Part shown: one piece after another, positions 39,827 to 49,365 of the stretch
How the letters are laid out: every line of letters begins with the position of its first letter
Numbering within the stretch: position 1 is the first letter of the stretch
Virus record (IMG/VR): IMGVR_UViG_3300043410_001471
Location: 62,001-126,000 of that record
Reading direction: 5' to 3' (one strand)
DNA length: 64,000 nt
Made by a program: the position numbers and the translations under genes
The notes under the pieces: model-generated
Seen by the model: the letters and a program-made list of their open reading frames with translations, nothing else
Databases searched by the model: none
Told to the model about the DNA's origin: nothing

Positions 39827-40769
39827 TAGAAATCCGCAAACATTAGAAGAGTTGGGCTCAACTTATATTGGTCCTTTGGTATTCAATTACTTTAAATGGT
39901 TAATTGATAATCTAAATGATGCTGATTTAGTTTTATTTAATTCACGAGAAGGATATTTTCTAAAAGATATTTGGGAAATTTATAGAGATACATATAATCT
40001 ACCCAAAAGTGTATATTTTAAAACATCTCGTAAGTTGGCATCGATGGTTGCATTTACAAATGAAACCGAAATATATGAATCATTCAAATTACATAGATAT
40101 GAAGGTGATATTAATGATTTATTATTTGATAGATTTGGTATTAAAGTAAACACTGCAAATAAATGGGTAGATACTACGAAAGAACTACCAGATTTGAGTA
40201 AGTGGATTGAAATGATTGTAAGAAAATCAAATGAATTACGAATTGAGTATAAAAAATACATAGATGAAATAATTGGTTCAGCTAAAAACATTATAATGGT
40301 AGATAGTGGATATCAGGGTACTACTCAATACTATTTAGAAAAGGTTTATGGATATCAATTTAGAGGAATGTATTTTACATACAAAGGTAATTTAAATATA
40401 AAAAATGCTGAAGGGTTGTATCCATTCTATGAATCAAATTTAAAAGATAATTTAATATTTTTCGAATCCCTTTTTGTAGATAAGGTTGGTACATATACTG
40501 ATTTAATAAATGGTGAGTTTGTAAATAGTGATTGGGAAATGACTGAAGCTGATTTTAAAGATAAACAAGCTATAATAGCTGGAATAAAGCAATATATAAA
40601 ATCAAACATTTCGCTTCCACATTTATATTCACCGCAAATCCAATTTGGCGATTATATATTTGATAAAATGTGTCAATGGGGATATATAGAAAACGAATCC
40701 CTATTCGATAGTTTTAAGCACGATAATAAATTTGTTAGAAACAATATTAAAAAAGTAGATAGAAGATAG
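39813..40769 (+). CDS. Putative glycan phosphoribosyltransferase (gPRT/CriT-like)
   Basis: G.TYIGPLV..YF.WL...DLVLFNSREGYFLK...Y..TSR...MVDSGYQGTTQ matches the C-terminal domain of polysaccharide-locus HAD fusion proteins. ATG 39813 is preferred over the track's 39771 start. Confidence 0.6.
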   Translation: MLLINRNPQTLEELGSTYIGPLVFNYFKWLIDNLNDADLVLFNSREGYFLKDIWEIYRDTYNLPKSVYFKTSRKLASMVAFTNETEIYESFKLHRYEGDINDLLFDRFGIKVNTANKWVDTTKELPDLSKWIEMIVRKSNELRIEYKKYIDEIIGSAKNIIMVDSGYQGTTQYYLEKVYGYQFRGMYFTYKGNLNIKNAEGLYPFYESNLKDNLIFFESLFVDKVGTYTDLINGEFVNSDWEMTEADFKDKQAIIAGIKQYIKSNISLPHLYSPQIQFGDYIFDKMCQWGYIENESLFDSFKHDNKFVRNNIKKVDRR

Positions 40770-40784
40770 TTATATAAAAGATAT

Positions 40785-42107
40785 TTGGTTATGCTACAAA
40801 GTGATGACACTTTATTTAATTTTTATTTTGAAAATGTTGATAAATTTGGAAGAATATTACCAAATAATTTATCAAAAGAAGAATTAAATCACTTTAATAG
40901 ATTATGTTCCGATAACTACGATTGGCAATCATTTGTTTCCGATGGATATTCTACAAAACTTTTAAGTTCATTTTACATAGCATATTGTAAGAATAAAAAA
41001 TTATCAACTACTAATATAAACGATGATAATTTAATTTATTTATGCGAAAGTTTTGAACCATCCCCATACATTAACTCATTTATAGAAAATATGAGTTCCG
41101 ATGTTTTCACTAAATTAAAAAATGGAAACATACGAATCGTATTTAATTGGGCTGGAGAAGCTTTATATGATGAACGAATTAATTCTAGTTTGGAATTGGA
41201 ATTTGCAAAATATAATTTGAATGTAAATTCAATTTTTATATTAACAAGTGCAAATAATATAAAAAATACATCTAATATAAATTATATATCAGACCATTTT
41301 TTCCTACAAAATTCAGCAAATTCTTTAAAATTATTTTTAACACAAACTAGTGCTAAAAATATGAATAATGATTTTGATTGGAATTCGGAAATTGTCAGTT
41401 ATGATATTTTTACAAAGTATAAATCTAAGCATTTCATTTCTTTAAATAGGCAAATAAGTAGACCTCATAGATATGCATTTGGATTATTTGTAGAAAAACA
41501 TAATTTATGGGATAAGGGGTATTTTAGTTTTTTACATATGATGGATAATGTTACACAATGTTTTGAAACGCTTTCTATGAATGATTTCAATTCATATGGA
41601 GATATACATGATTCATTTAAATCGAAGATACCAATACATTTGGATACGATACATCTTTTGGATAAAACTAAAATGCATAATTTTAGAGTATCTGAAATTT
41701 ACTATAAACCAGCTTACGAAGATTCTGTTATAAACATTGTTACGGAAACGGCATTTTCTAATAATAAAGTATTCATGTCAGAAAAAACATTTCATCCGAT
41801 TATTAATTTACAACCATTTATTATATTTTCATCAAATGGTCATTTAGCAGAATTAAAAAGATTGGGATTTAAAACATTCGATGGATTCATAGATGAAAGT
41901 TATGATATGGAGGAAAACTCACAAAAAAGATTTAAAATGGTATGTGATGAAATATTAAGATTATCTCAAATGGATATTTCAGAACTAAATAAATTATACT
42001 TATCTTATAAAGAAATTTACATTCATAATAGACAACATTTATTAAAATTTACCAATTATGATTATTACTACAATTGTTTACAAAAAATAAAAAAATATGG
42101 AATTTAA
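40785..42107 (+). CDS. Putative glycosyltransferase, distant GT10-like family (paralog 2 of 3)
   Basis: FISLNR..RPHR; INIVTET...FMSEKTFHPI.NLQPFII...LKRLGFKTF..IDESYD. Confidence 0.5.
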   Translation: MVMLQSDDTLFNFYFENVDKFGRILPNNLSKEELNHFNRLCSDNYDWQSFVSDGYSTKLLSSFYIAYCKNKKLSTTNINDDNLIYLCESFEPSPYINSFIENMSSDVFTKLKNGNIRIVFNWAGEALYDERINSSLELEFAKYNLNVNSIFILTSANNIKNTSNINYISDHFFLQNSANSLKLFLTQTSAKNMNNDFDWNSEIVSYDIFTKYKSKHFISLNRQISRPHRYAFGLFVEKHNLWDKGYFSFLHMMDNVTQCFETLSMNDFNSYGDIHDSFKSKIPIHLDTIHLLDKTKMHNFRVSEIYYKPAYEDSVINIVTETAFSNNKVFMSEKTFHPIINLQPFIIFSSNGHLAELKRLGFKTFDGFIDESYDMEENSQKRFKMVCDEILRLSQMDISELNKLYLSYKEIYIHNRQHLLKFTNYDYYYNCLQKIKKYGI

Positions 42108-43095
42108 CGGAAAAAAAGTTTTAGTTACTGGAGCAAATGGATTAGTAGGATTACCAGCAGTTAAGAAATGTTTAGAAGAGGGTGCTGAAAAAGTATATGC
42201 GGTAGACCTTAAATTTGGTGATAATCTTAAATTATTACAATCACAATATAGTGATAAAATAGTTTTAGTACAAAGTGATTTAACATATCTTTCCCATTGT
42301 GAAAATTTATTCACATTGGATAAAATTGATATTGTACTACACATTGCAGGAGTCAAAGGTTCACCGGCTCGTTCATCTACACAACCTGCGGATTATCTAT
42401 TCCCAATGTTGATGTTCAATACCAATATGATTAAAGCATCATTTGATGCGAAGGTTGATTGGTTTGTATATCTTTCATCGGTTGGAGTTTATAAACCAGC
42501 AGATGTAATGAACGAAGAAGATATTTGGTCACAAGAAGAAACTTGGGCATCAACTCCATCTCGTTTAGATTGGCATCCAGGTTGGACAAAAAGAATGGGA
42601 GAACTTACTTTGGATTCATTACGAGTTCAATATGGTTGGGATAATTGGACTGTAATTAGACCTTCTAACATATATGGAACAAACGATAATTTTGCGCAAG
42701 ATGCAACGGTAATCTCTTCTAACATTTGGAAGTTATTCAATGTAGAGGGGGATGATATGATATGTTGGGGCGATGGTTCATCCAAAAGAGATTTTGTATT
42801 TGGTGATGATGTGGCACAAGCATCAATTGATGTAGTTAAAAAAGAAGTTAGAGATATTATCAACTTTGGATGTGCAGAAGCAGTATCAATCAAAGATACA
42901 ATTGAAACTATTGTTGAATGTTATACTGAAATTACGGGTAAAACTAAAAACATAGTTTGGGATTCTACAAAAACAAACGGAGACCCTATTAGATGTTTAG
43001 GTTCTAAAAAACAAAAACAATATGGTATTTTACCACAAACTACATTAAAAGAAGGATTAACAAAATCAATTTTAGAATATAAAAGTAGATTATAA
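42097..43095 (+). CDS. GDP-fucose-synthase-like extended SDR lacking the canonical catalytic Tyr
   Basis: TGANGLVG, LSSVGVY, RPSNIYG.NDNF, WGDGSSKRDF; PGWTK stands where YxxxK is expected. Confidence 0.85.
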   Translation: MEFNGKKVLVTGANGLVGLPAVKKCLEEGAEKVYAVDLKFGDNLKLLQSQYSDKIVLVQSDLTYLSHCENLFTLDKIDIVLHIAGVKGSPARSSTQPADYLFPMLMFNTNMIKASFDAKVDWFVYLSSVGVYKPADVMNEEDIWSQEETWASTPSRLDWHPGWTKRMGELTLDSLRVQYGWDNWTVIRPSNIYGTNDNFAQDATVISSNIWKLFNVEGDDMICWGDGSSKRDFVFGDDVAQASIDVVKKEVRDIINFGCAEAVSIKDTIETIVECYTEITGKTKNIVWDSTKTNGDPIRCLGSKKQKQYGILPQTTLKEGLTKSILEYKSRL

Positions 43096-44111
43096 TGAAA
43101 CATTTAGTAGCAGCTGGTTGTTCGTTTTCATCGTTGGTAAAGCCAAATGTGGATATGCCAACCGAATACGATATACTTAAAAAAGATAAAACTACATGGA
43201 CTTGGATTGAATGGATACAATATTACGAAGGAGATTCTTATCAAATTCACAATTATGGATGCCCTACAAACGATAATGATACCATTGTAGAGAGTGTATT
43301 GTATGGTATTAATAAACTTATAAAGCAAGGAGTAGATAAATCCGATATAGAGGTGATAATTCAATGGTCTGCTGTGAGTAGAAATTCATTTTTTATACCA
43401 AAAGGAATGGTTGATAGAGCAAAACTGAATGTAACTACTCATACAAACGATTTTATTTCAGAAAAACGATATAAATACGAACATGGGTTCAAATATTTAA
43501 CGGGTGGGTATAATAGAACAAATAATTTAGATGAATTAAATGATATCGTATTTAATTATTTGGGGTTAGAATACTCAAATGAAGAAAGAATAATAAGTTT
43601 TCTAAAAAATATAATTTTTATATCAAGTTTTTGTAAATCAACTGGTATAAAGTATAAATTCTTTACTATGGGTAATAACTTTTCATCAAATATATTTACA
43701 AAATACGAAGATATAAATAAAACACTTAAAAGTCAGCAAGAACCACATATGGATATCAGACCTGATATTTTAGAGAAAAGACTTGTCGGAGAAAATTGGA
43801 ATGCATCTACATTAATCGATATCCCATATATTAATTACTTATTTGAATTAATTGATTTAAATGATTTTTGGTTTTATGAAATAGAAAATTATCATAAATT
43901 TGGAGGTGCAATTGAGTGGTCTGTTGGCGAATGGGGAAGTGGTGTTAAAGATGATTCTGGACTTGGATTAAGCGAATTGGTATATTTTGAAATGGAAGGA
44001 TTATCTGATGAAGAAAAAGCTGATTATTTTAAACATCGTTCTTATGGACATCCATCATCTTTAATGTGGAGGAAGTTTTATTTTGAAGTATTAAAACCAA
44101 ATTTTCTATGA
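43095..44111 (+). CDS. SGNH-like protein (paralog 3 of 5)
   Basis: AAGCSFS, TNDNDTI, IIQWS, GHPS; close paralog of the next gene. Confidence 0.6.
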   Translation: MKHLVAAGCSFSSLVKPNVDMPTEYDILKKDKTTWTWIEWIQYYEGDSYQIHNYGCPTNDNDTIVESVLYGINKLIKQGVDKSDIEVIIQWSAVSRNSFFIPKGMVDRAKLNVTTHTNDFISEKRYKYEHGFKYLTGGYNRTNNLDELNDIVFNYLGLEYSNEERIISFLKNIIFISSFCKSTGIKYKFFTMGNNFSSNIFTKYEDINKTLKSQQEPHMDIRPDILEKRLVGENWNASTLIDIPYINYLFELIDLNDFWFYEIENYHKFGGAIEWSVGEWGSGVKDDSGLGLSELVYFEMEGLSDEEKADYFKHRSYGHPSSLMWRKFYFEVLKPNFL

Positions 44112-45193
44112 AATATATAATTACAAATGGTTGTTCTTTTACTAGAGCTGGTAGAATAAACATTGATGTAACCGATGATAATTTTATAAAGGAAGATGAT
44201 ATGTCTAATAATGGGGATTCATCGGAATTTAACTATTATCCGCATTGGATACAATTATTAAACCCTGAATTGAAAGTTATAAATTTGGGTAATGTTACTA
44301 ATGATAATCAAGTTATCGCTAGAAACATAATATACAAAATTGAAAAAATGAAAAAGGATGGAATCGAACCATCCGATATATCAGTTGTAGTACAATGGTC
44401 ATCTTTTTATAGAAATGCATATTTTGTATCACCATCCAAACAATTAGAAAATACAAAATTAAAATTACCACAACATCGTAAAAGATGGGATGATGATTAT
44501 GCACACATTAATGATTTTGTAGAAGAAAAGAATGAGGTGGGTGAATACGGATACTATTTCTTATCAGGGGGATTTGGGATGGACCATGTAAAAAATCCAA
44601 TGAAAGAATTCGCATATTTAAATTTAGGACATCTACATTCATATGAAGAAAGATTACTTATATTTTTGGAAGCAATAGTGATGTTACAAATGTATTTTAA
44701 ATCAAATGGTATAAAATATAAAATGTTTAATATAGCTAATAATTTTTCAGATGAATATGTTTTGAATTGTGTGAATGGTGGTGGATTTCCAATGTTTAAA
44801 CCTGATAATTCTAAAAACAATGAAATGTATGAAGTTATCAAAAACAAATACATACCAAACACTTGGAATTCTCAAATGCTATATTTTAAAAATCCACATT
44901 TATCCTATTATTATGATATGATTGACTGGAGTGGATTTTGGTTCTATGAAGAAGAAAATTTACATAAATTTGGTGGTGTAATTGAGTGGGGGATACGAAA
45001 TTTTGATATAAATTATAGAGATGGTATAAATGCAAACATATTATTTATGGAACAATATAGAAGAGATGTTATTCATACGGAAGAAAGTTTGATTGATATT
45101 TATCAAGACGGTCATTGTCCATTGGGGCACATATCATCTGCATTATATAGAAAATTTGTAAAAGAAATCGTATCAACATGGAATCTTTATTAA
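44108..45193 (+). CDS. SGNH-like protein (paralog 4 of 5)
   Basis: TNGCSFT, TNDNQVI, VVQWS, GHIS; shares FWFYE.EN.HKFGG.IEW with 43095. Confidence 0.6.
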   Translation: MKYIITNGCSFTRAGRINIDVTDDNFIKEDDMSNNGDSSEFNYYPHWIQLLNPELKVINLGNVTNDNQVIARNIIYKIEKMKKDGIEPSDISVVVQWSSFYRNAYFVSPSKQLENTKLKLPQHRKRWDDDYAHINDFVEEKNEVGEYGYYFLSGGFGMDHVKNPMKEFAYLNLGHLHSYEERLLIFLEAIVMLQMYFKSNGIKYKMFNIANNFSDEYVLNCVNGGGFPMFKPDNSKNNEMYEVIKNKYIPNTWNSQMLYFKNPHLSYYYDMIDWSGFWFYEEENLHKFGGVIEWGIRNFDINYRDGINANILFMEQYRRDVIHTEESLIDIYQDGHCPLGHISSALYRKFVKEIVSTWNLY

Positions 45194-45843
45194 AAAAAGA
45201 ATTATTTGAAAACGGATATGTATCATTTCATTTAAAAGATTTAGATGAAACTATTTATGAAAATCTTAAAAGTATATTTCCAATTGGTAATTTAAAGCCG
45301 GAAATGTTTAAAAACCTCAAACATGCTATACCAATGGATGTTGGATATGAATACGATAACAAATCATTGATGGATGTTTCATTCCAAAAACTTAATACTA
45401 TAAAGAGGAATATTTTAGATAAATTGGAAGAACATAATAATCAGTTGTGGTTTTATGGTTGGTTATATGAAGTCAATACTGAAAATAATCCATTTGATAA
45501 ACTTATAAAACCAATATTTAATAAATTTTACGATACAACGATAACAACAGCTAATTCACAAGTTACAATGTATAATGATGGGTGTTATCTTAGAAATCAT
45601 CGTGATGGTAATTATGAGTTTGATGGTGGTACTAGAAATTGTGTAATATTGATTTATCTATCTACCGATTATGAAAACGGAAAAGGTGGAGAGTTGGTAC
45701 TATCATCCGATAATGATAATGAATTAGTAGTAGAACCCATATATGGTAATGTTGCTGTAATGGATTTTACAAAACATGATGCCTGGCATAGAGTTGAAAA
45801 GGTTATAGATTACAATCGATATTGTTTTATAAATTTTTGCTAA
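45178..45843 (+). CDS. 2OG-Fe(II) oxygenase (prolyl-4-hydroxylase-like)
   Basis: TMYNDGCYL..HRDG (HxD), ILIYL, GGEL, WHRV, R. Confidence 0.85.
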   Translation: MESLLKKELFENGYVSFHLKDLDETIYENLKSIFPIGNLKPEMFKNLKHAIPMDVGYEYDNKSLMDVSFQKLNTIKRNILDKLEEHNNQLWFYGWLYEVNTENNPFDKLIKPIFNKFYDTTITTANSQVTMYNDGCYLRNHRDGNYEFDGGTRNCVILIYLSTDYENGKGGELVLSSDNDNELVVEPIYGNVAVMDFTKHDAWHRVEKVIDYNRYCFINFC

Positions 45844-45844
45844 T

Positions 45845-46462
45845 ATGAATGAATCGCATAAAATTCAATTATTTAAAGAAGGTTATACTACATTTAATTT
45901 ATACGAATTAAATGATTCAGAAATCAATCAATCTTTAAATGAATTGCAAACATTATCTAAAAAAGAATTTAAAAATTTAAGATATAAAACCATAAATAAT
46001 ACAAATGATGGTGTCTTTATAAAAGATTCTTTTGAAAATTTGGAAGAAATAAAAAATTCTATAAAAAAAACCAATCTTTACGAAATGTGGTATTATAACG
46101 ATGTAATACCAAAAAACAAATATAATAAGCAATTATTGAATAAAATAAAGCAATTTTTTTATAATGAAGATGTGAATGATTTTAATCATGCAACATATAT
46201 TACAATGTATAATGATGGGTGTGTTTTAATAGAGCATAATGATGGGTTTAATCCTAATTCAAAATATAAATGCGTAATACTAATTTATTTAAATGATGAA
46301 TCGGAAATTCAAACCGGTGGAGAATTGATATTAGATGGTAATATATTGATTAAACCTGTTATAGGAAATGTTGCTATAATGGATTTTACAAAGAATGATA
46401 TCAAACATGGTGTAAAAGAAGTTAGTGGATATCATAGAAAATGTTATCTAAATTTTTGTTAA
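45845..46462 (+). CDS. 2OG-Fe(II) oxygenase paralog
   Basis: TMYNDGC.L.EHNDG, ILIYLN, GGEL, HGV, RKC. Confidence 0.85.
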   Translation: MNESHKIQLFKEGYTTFNLYELNDSEINQSLNELQTLSKKEFKNLRYKTINNTNDGVFIKDSFENLEEIKNSIKKTNLYEMWYYNDVIPKNKYNKQLLNKIKQFFYNEDVNDFNHATYITMYNDGCVLIEHNDGFNPNSKYKCVILIYLNDESEIQTGGELILDGNILIKPVIGNVAIMDFTKNDIKHGVKEVSGYHRKCYLNFC

Positions 46463-46486
46463 TATCAAAAAAAATTAGTATCTTTA
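46455..46486 (+). promoter_or_regulatory. Bacteroidota-type promoter
   Basis: TTTG (46455-58), 20-nt spacer, TATCTTTA (46479-86), 16 nt before ATG 46503. Confidence 0.7.
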
Positions 46487-46502
46487 TAAATTAATATAAC
46501 AT

Positions 46503-48110
46503 ATGCAACAACCATTTAAAATATACACATTAGAATCAAATGACCAAAAGGTTTTAAAGAAAGTTTTGGAATCGTCTGTTAATATCGAAAATATACGAGC
46601 TTCATCAGAAGGAGTTGGTAATAGAAGTTATGAACTTCCAACCGATATGGTGAAAACATTGGAAAATTGTGAATTAGAAAAAACCAATATCATATCAAAT
46701 GATTCTAAATTAAGTCAAATTTGGTATACATTAAATAAGCCTGAAAATAAGATAGAAGTTGAAAAAATGTTAGAAAAGCATTTTAAACAATTATATCCCA
46801 ATATAACTTATCCTTTGGAAATTTTATGGAATGTTACAATGTATACAGAGGGGTGTTTTATTGAAGAACATATAGATGGTAGAGATGCCGATAGAATGGC
46901 TGGATTTTTATTTTATTTAAATGAAAGTTATGATAGTGATAATGGTGGTCTATTAAGAGTTATAGACCCAAATACAAATGAAATAACAAATATTGTTCCG
47001 GAATTCGGACAAGCAATATGTATAGATTATATAAACAATGAGGTATCACACGAAGTGACACCTGTTAAACAAGGAAAAAGATTAGCAATTTGCGCATTCA
47101 TTCATAAAAGAAATCATATGGGAAAAAGTTACAAAATTTTAGTTACTGGAGCAAGTGGATTTATAGGTTCACAATTGGTTAAAAGTTTAAAAGAAAGAGG
47201 ATATTGGAATTTACGAACAACTTCATTTAGTAGAGACTTACCAAATACAATCAAAGATAAGGAATCAATTGAACATTTTAAAGGAGATTTACAAGATGCA
47301 AACTTTTGTAAGGAAGTTTCCGAAGGTGTAGATGTAGTATTTCATTGTGCAGCAAATACATCAAACGCATTAGATACAAAACAAAATCCTTTATTACATG
47401 TTACTCCAAATGTAGAAATGAATGTAAATTTGATGGAACAAAGTTGGAGAAATGGAGTTAAGAAGTTTATGTTTATTTCATCTAATACTGTATACCCAGA
47501 TATGAAGGACGCATTTTGTACCGAAGATATAAATATCCATGCAACTCCTACATTTCCAATATATGGGGCGGTTGGTAATATGAAAAGATATGGTGAATTA
47601 CTTTGTGAATATTTTTCAAAACAAATCCATAATCCAATGCAATGTGTAATTATTAGACCATCAAATGCATTTGGACCAAATGATAAATTTGATTTCGAAA
47701 AGTGTCATGTTACACCTGCAAACATTCGTAAAGTTGCAGATGGTTTAAATCCAATTCCGGTATGGGGTGATGGTAGTGAGGTAAGAGATTTACTTCATGT
47801 TGAAGATATGGCGGATGGTATGATATTTTTAGCAGAAATGGTAGATAAATATTCTATTTACAATGTTTGTTATGGAGAAGGATTTAGTGTAAATGAAGTA
47901 TTAGGATGGATTAAAGAAGCTGATAATAATGATAATCCTGTCGAATATGTAAATAATAAAGCTCCAATGATTCCTGTTAGATTAATGTCATCTAAAAAAA
48001 TAAATGAGTTGGGGTGGAAACCAAAAAGAGATTTAAAGCAAGCTCTTAAAGAAACATTGGAATGGTATAAAGAACATAAACACTTATATAATCCAAACTC
48101 AAAACCATAA
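46503..48110 (+). CDS. In-frame fusion of a 2OG-Fe(II) oxygenase and a GDP-fucose-synthase-like SDR
   Basis: N-half EHIDG, FLFYLN, GGLL, HEV, R; C-half (from Met at 47118) TGASGFIG, FISSNTVY, VGNMK in place of YxxxK, RPSNAFG, WGDGSEVRD. Confidence 0.85.
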   Translation: MQQPFKIYTLESNDQKVLKKVLESSVNIENIRASSEGVGNRSYELPTDMVKTLENCELEKTNIISNDSKLSQIWYTLNKPENKIEVEKMLEKHFKQLYPNITYPLEILWNVTMYTEGCFIEEHIDGRDADRMAGFLFYLNESYDSDNGGLLRVIDPNTNEITNIVPEFGQAICIDYINNEVSHEVTPVKQGKRLAICAFIHKRNHMGKSYKILVTGASGFIGSQLVKSLKERGYWNLRTTSFSRDLPNTIKDKESIEHFKGDLQDANFCKEVSEGVDVVFHCAANTSNALDTKQNPLLHVTPNVEMNVNLMEQSWRNGVKKFMFISSNTVYPDMKDAFCTEDINIHATPTFPIYGAVGNMKRYGELLCEYFSKQIHNPMQCVIIRPSNAFGPNDKFDFEKCHVTPANIRKVADGLNPIPVWGDGSEVRDLLHVEDMADGMIFLAEMVDKYSIYNVCYGEGFSVNEVLGWIKEADNNDNPVEYVNNKAPMIPVRLMSSKKINELGWKPKRDLKQALKETLEWYKEHKHLYNPNSKP

Positions 48111-48829
48111 TGGATAGTATATTATTTTCAGGTTGTTCTTACACATATGGAGAGGGATTGTGGAGAGAAACAGGTGATACACATCAAAATTCTGAAAATC
48201 AAAAATATCTTTTAGAAAATAGATGGACAACAAAAGTTTCAAATCATTTTAATCTCAATCAAATTTCAAAAGGGTACAATGGTGGAAGTAACATTGGTTC
48301 TATTAAATTTGTAAGAGAAGAATTTGATGCAACTACTTGGAATGGGAATGATATTAAATTGATATTATTTCAAACTACGCAATTCAATAGACACAAATTT
48401 AGTATAGATGAACAAATATCCGAATTAGAAAAATTTGTAAAAGAATTTGAAAATAAAAATATACCTGTAAGATTTATACATTGGCAATGGGTTGATATAA
48501 CGGATGAAGAGATGGAAATATTCTTAAATAGAAAGCATGATTTTTTAGGAAAATTAAATCCATCATTTTTTCCAGATAAAACAATTCCACCATATGATGG
48601 TAATAAATTAACTTCTAAAATAATAAGAGATAGAACAATCAGAATTTTAGATAAATTTAATTTTCACGAAATGGTGTATCATAACGATGCACATAAAAAA
48701 GGAACATTATCTAACAAATATACATTGGCTGGAAAATTAAGATGTGAAGATTTCCATATGAATCAAGAAGGGCATGATATTTTAACAAATGAAATAATTA
48801 ATTATATAGAAAAAAATAAGTTATTATGA
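48110..48829 (+). CDS. SGNH-like protein (paralog 5 of 5)
   Basis: FSGCSYTYG, GGSNIGS, DFHMNQEGH. Confidence 0.65.
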   Translation: MDSILFSGCSYTYGEGLWRETGDTHQNSENQKYLLENRWTTKVSNHFNLNQISKGYNGGSNIGSIKFVREEFDATTWNGNDIKLILFQTTQFNRHKFSIDEQISELEKFVKEFENKNIPVRFIHWQWVDITDEEMEIFLNRKHDFLGKLNPSFFPDKTIPPYDGNKLTSKIIRDRTIRILDKFNFHEMVYHNDAHKKGTLSNKYTLAGKLRCEDFHMNQEGHDILTNEIINYIEKNKLL

Positions 48830-49365
48830 ATACACCTCAATATTCTCCTTACAAAGATGCACTAACAAATGCTATGACTGAATTAGCAAAATTAGATGAT
48901 AGTATCTTTATTGGACAACAAATAGTTTATGCTGGAAATCCTATGTCTACAACATTAGGAGAAGTTCCAAAAGAAAAAATGATTGAAGTTCCTGTTATGG
49001 AAGAAACTCAAATGGGAATGAGTTTAGGATTGGCAATGACTGGTAAACGAGTAATAACATTTTATCCTCGTTGGGATTTTATTATTTCAGCAACCAATCA
49101 ATTAGTAAATCATTTGGATAAGTTTGAAATAATGACTGGTAAAAAGCCAAATGTAATAATTCGTTTAGGTAAAGGTTCTGATAAACCATTAGACCCTGGT
49201 CATCAACATAAAGGAAATTATTTTGAAGAGTTTAAATCTTTATGCAAGAACATAGAATTTCACGATTTAAAAACTCCTTCGGATATCGAATCGGCATATA
49301 AATATGCTACAAAAGAAGGTGGTGTGCATTTATTAGTAGAATACCCCGAATTATATTATAGTTAA
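48826..49365 (+). CDS. TPP-dependent enzyme, E1-beta/transketolase pyrimidine-binding subunit (no C-terminal domain)
   Basis: FIGQ...IE.PV.EETQMG...GLAM.G, NQLVNHLDK, GHQH; only 179 aa. Confidence 0.85.
   Translation: MNTPQYSPYKDALTNAMTELAKLDDSIFIGQQIVYAGNPMSTTLGEVPKEKMIEVPVMEETQMGMSLGLAMTGKRVITFYPRWDFIISATNQLVNHLDKFEIMTGKKPNVIIRLGKGSDKPLDPGHQHKGNYFEEFKSLCKNIEFHDLKTPSDIESAYKYATKEGGVHLLVEYPELYYS

Noticed and set aside
45178-47117. TET/JBP-type DNA base-modifying oxygenases
   Set aside because: Motif spacing (TMY..G...HxDG, LIYLN, GGEL, H.V, R) fits the P4H-like class, and no nucleotide-modification genes are adjacent. DNA modification is not excluded but is unsupported.
37532-49365. Auxiliary pyruvate dehydrogenase for host metabolism
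   Set aside because: Both subunits are truncated, separated by glycan genes, and E2/E3 are absent.
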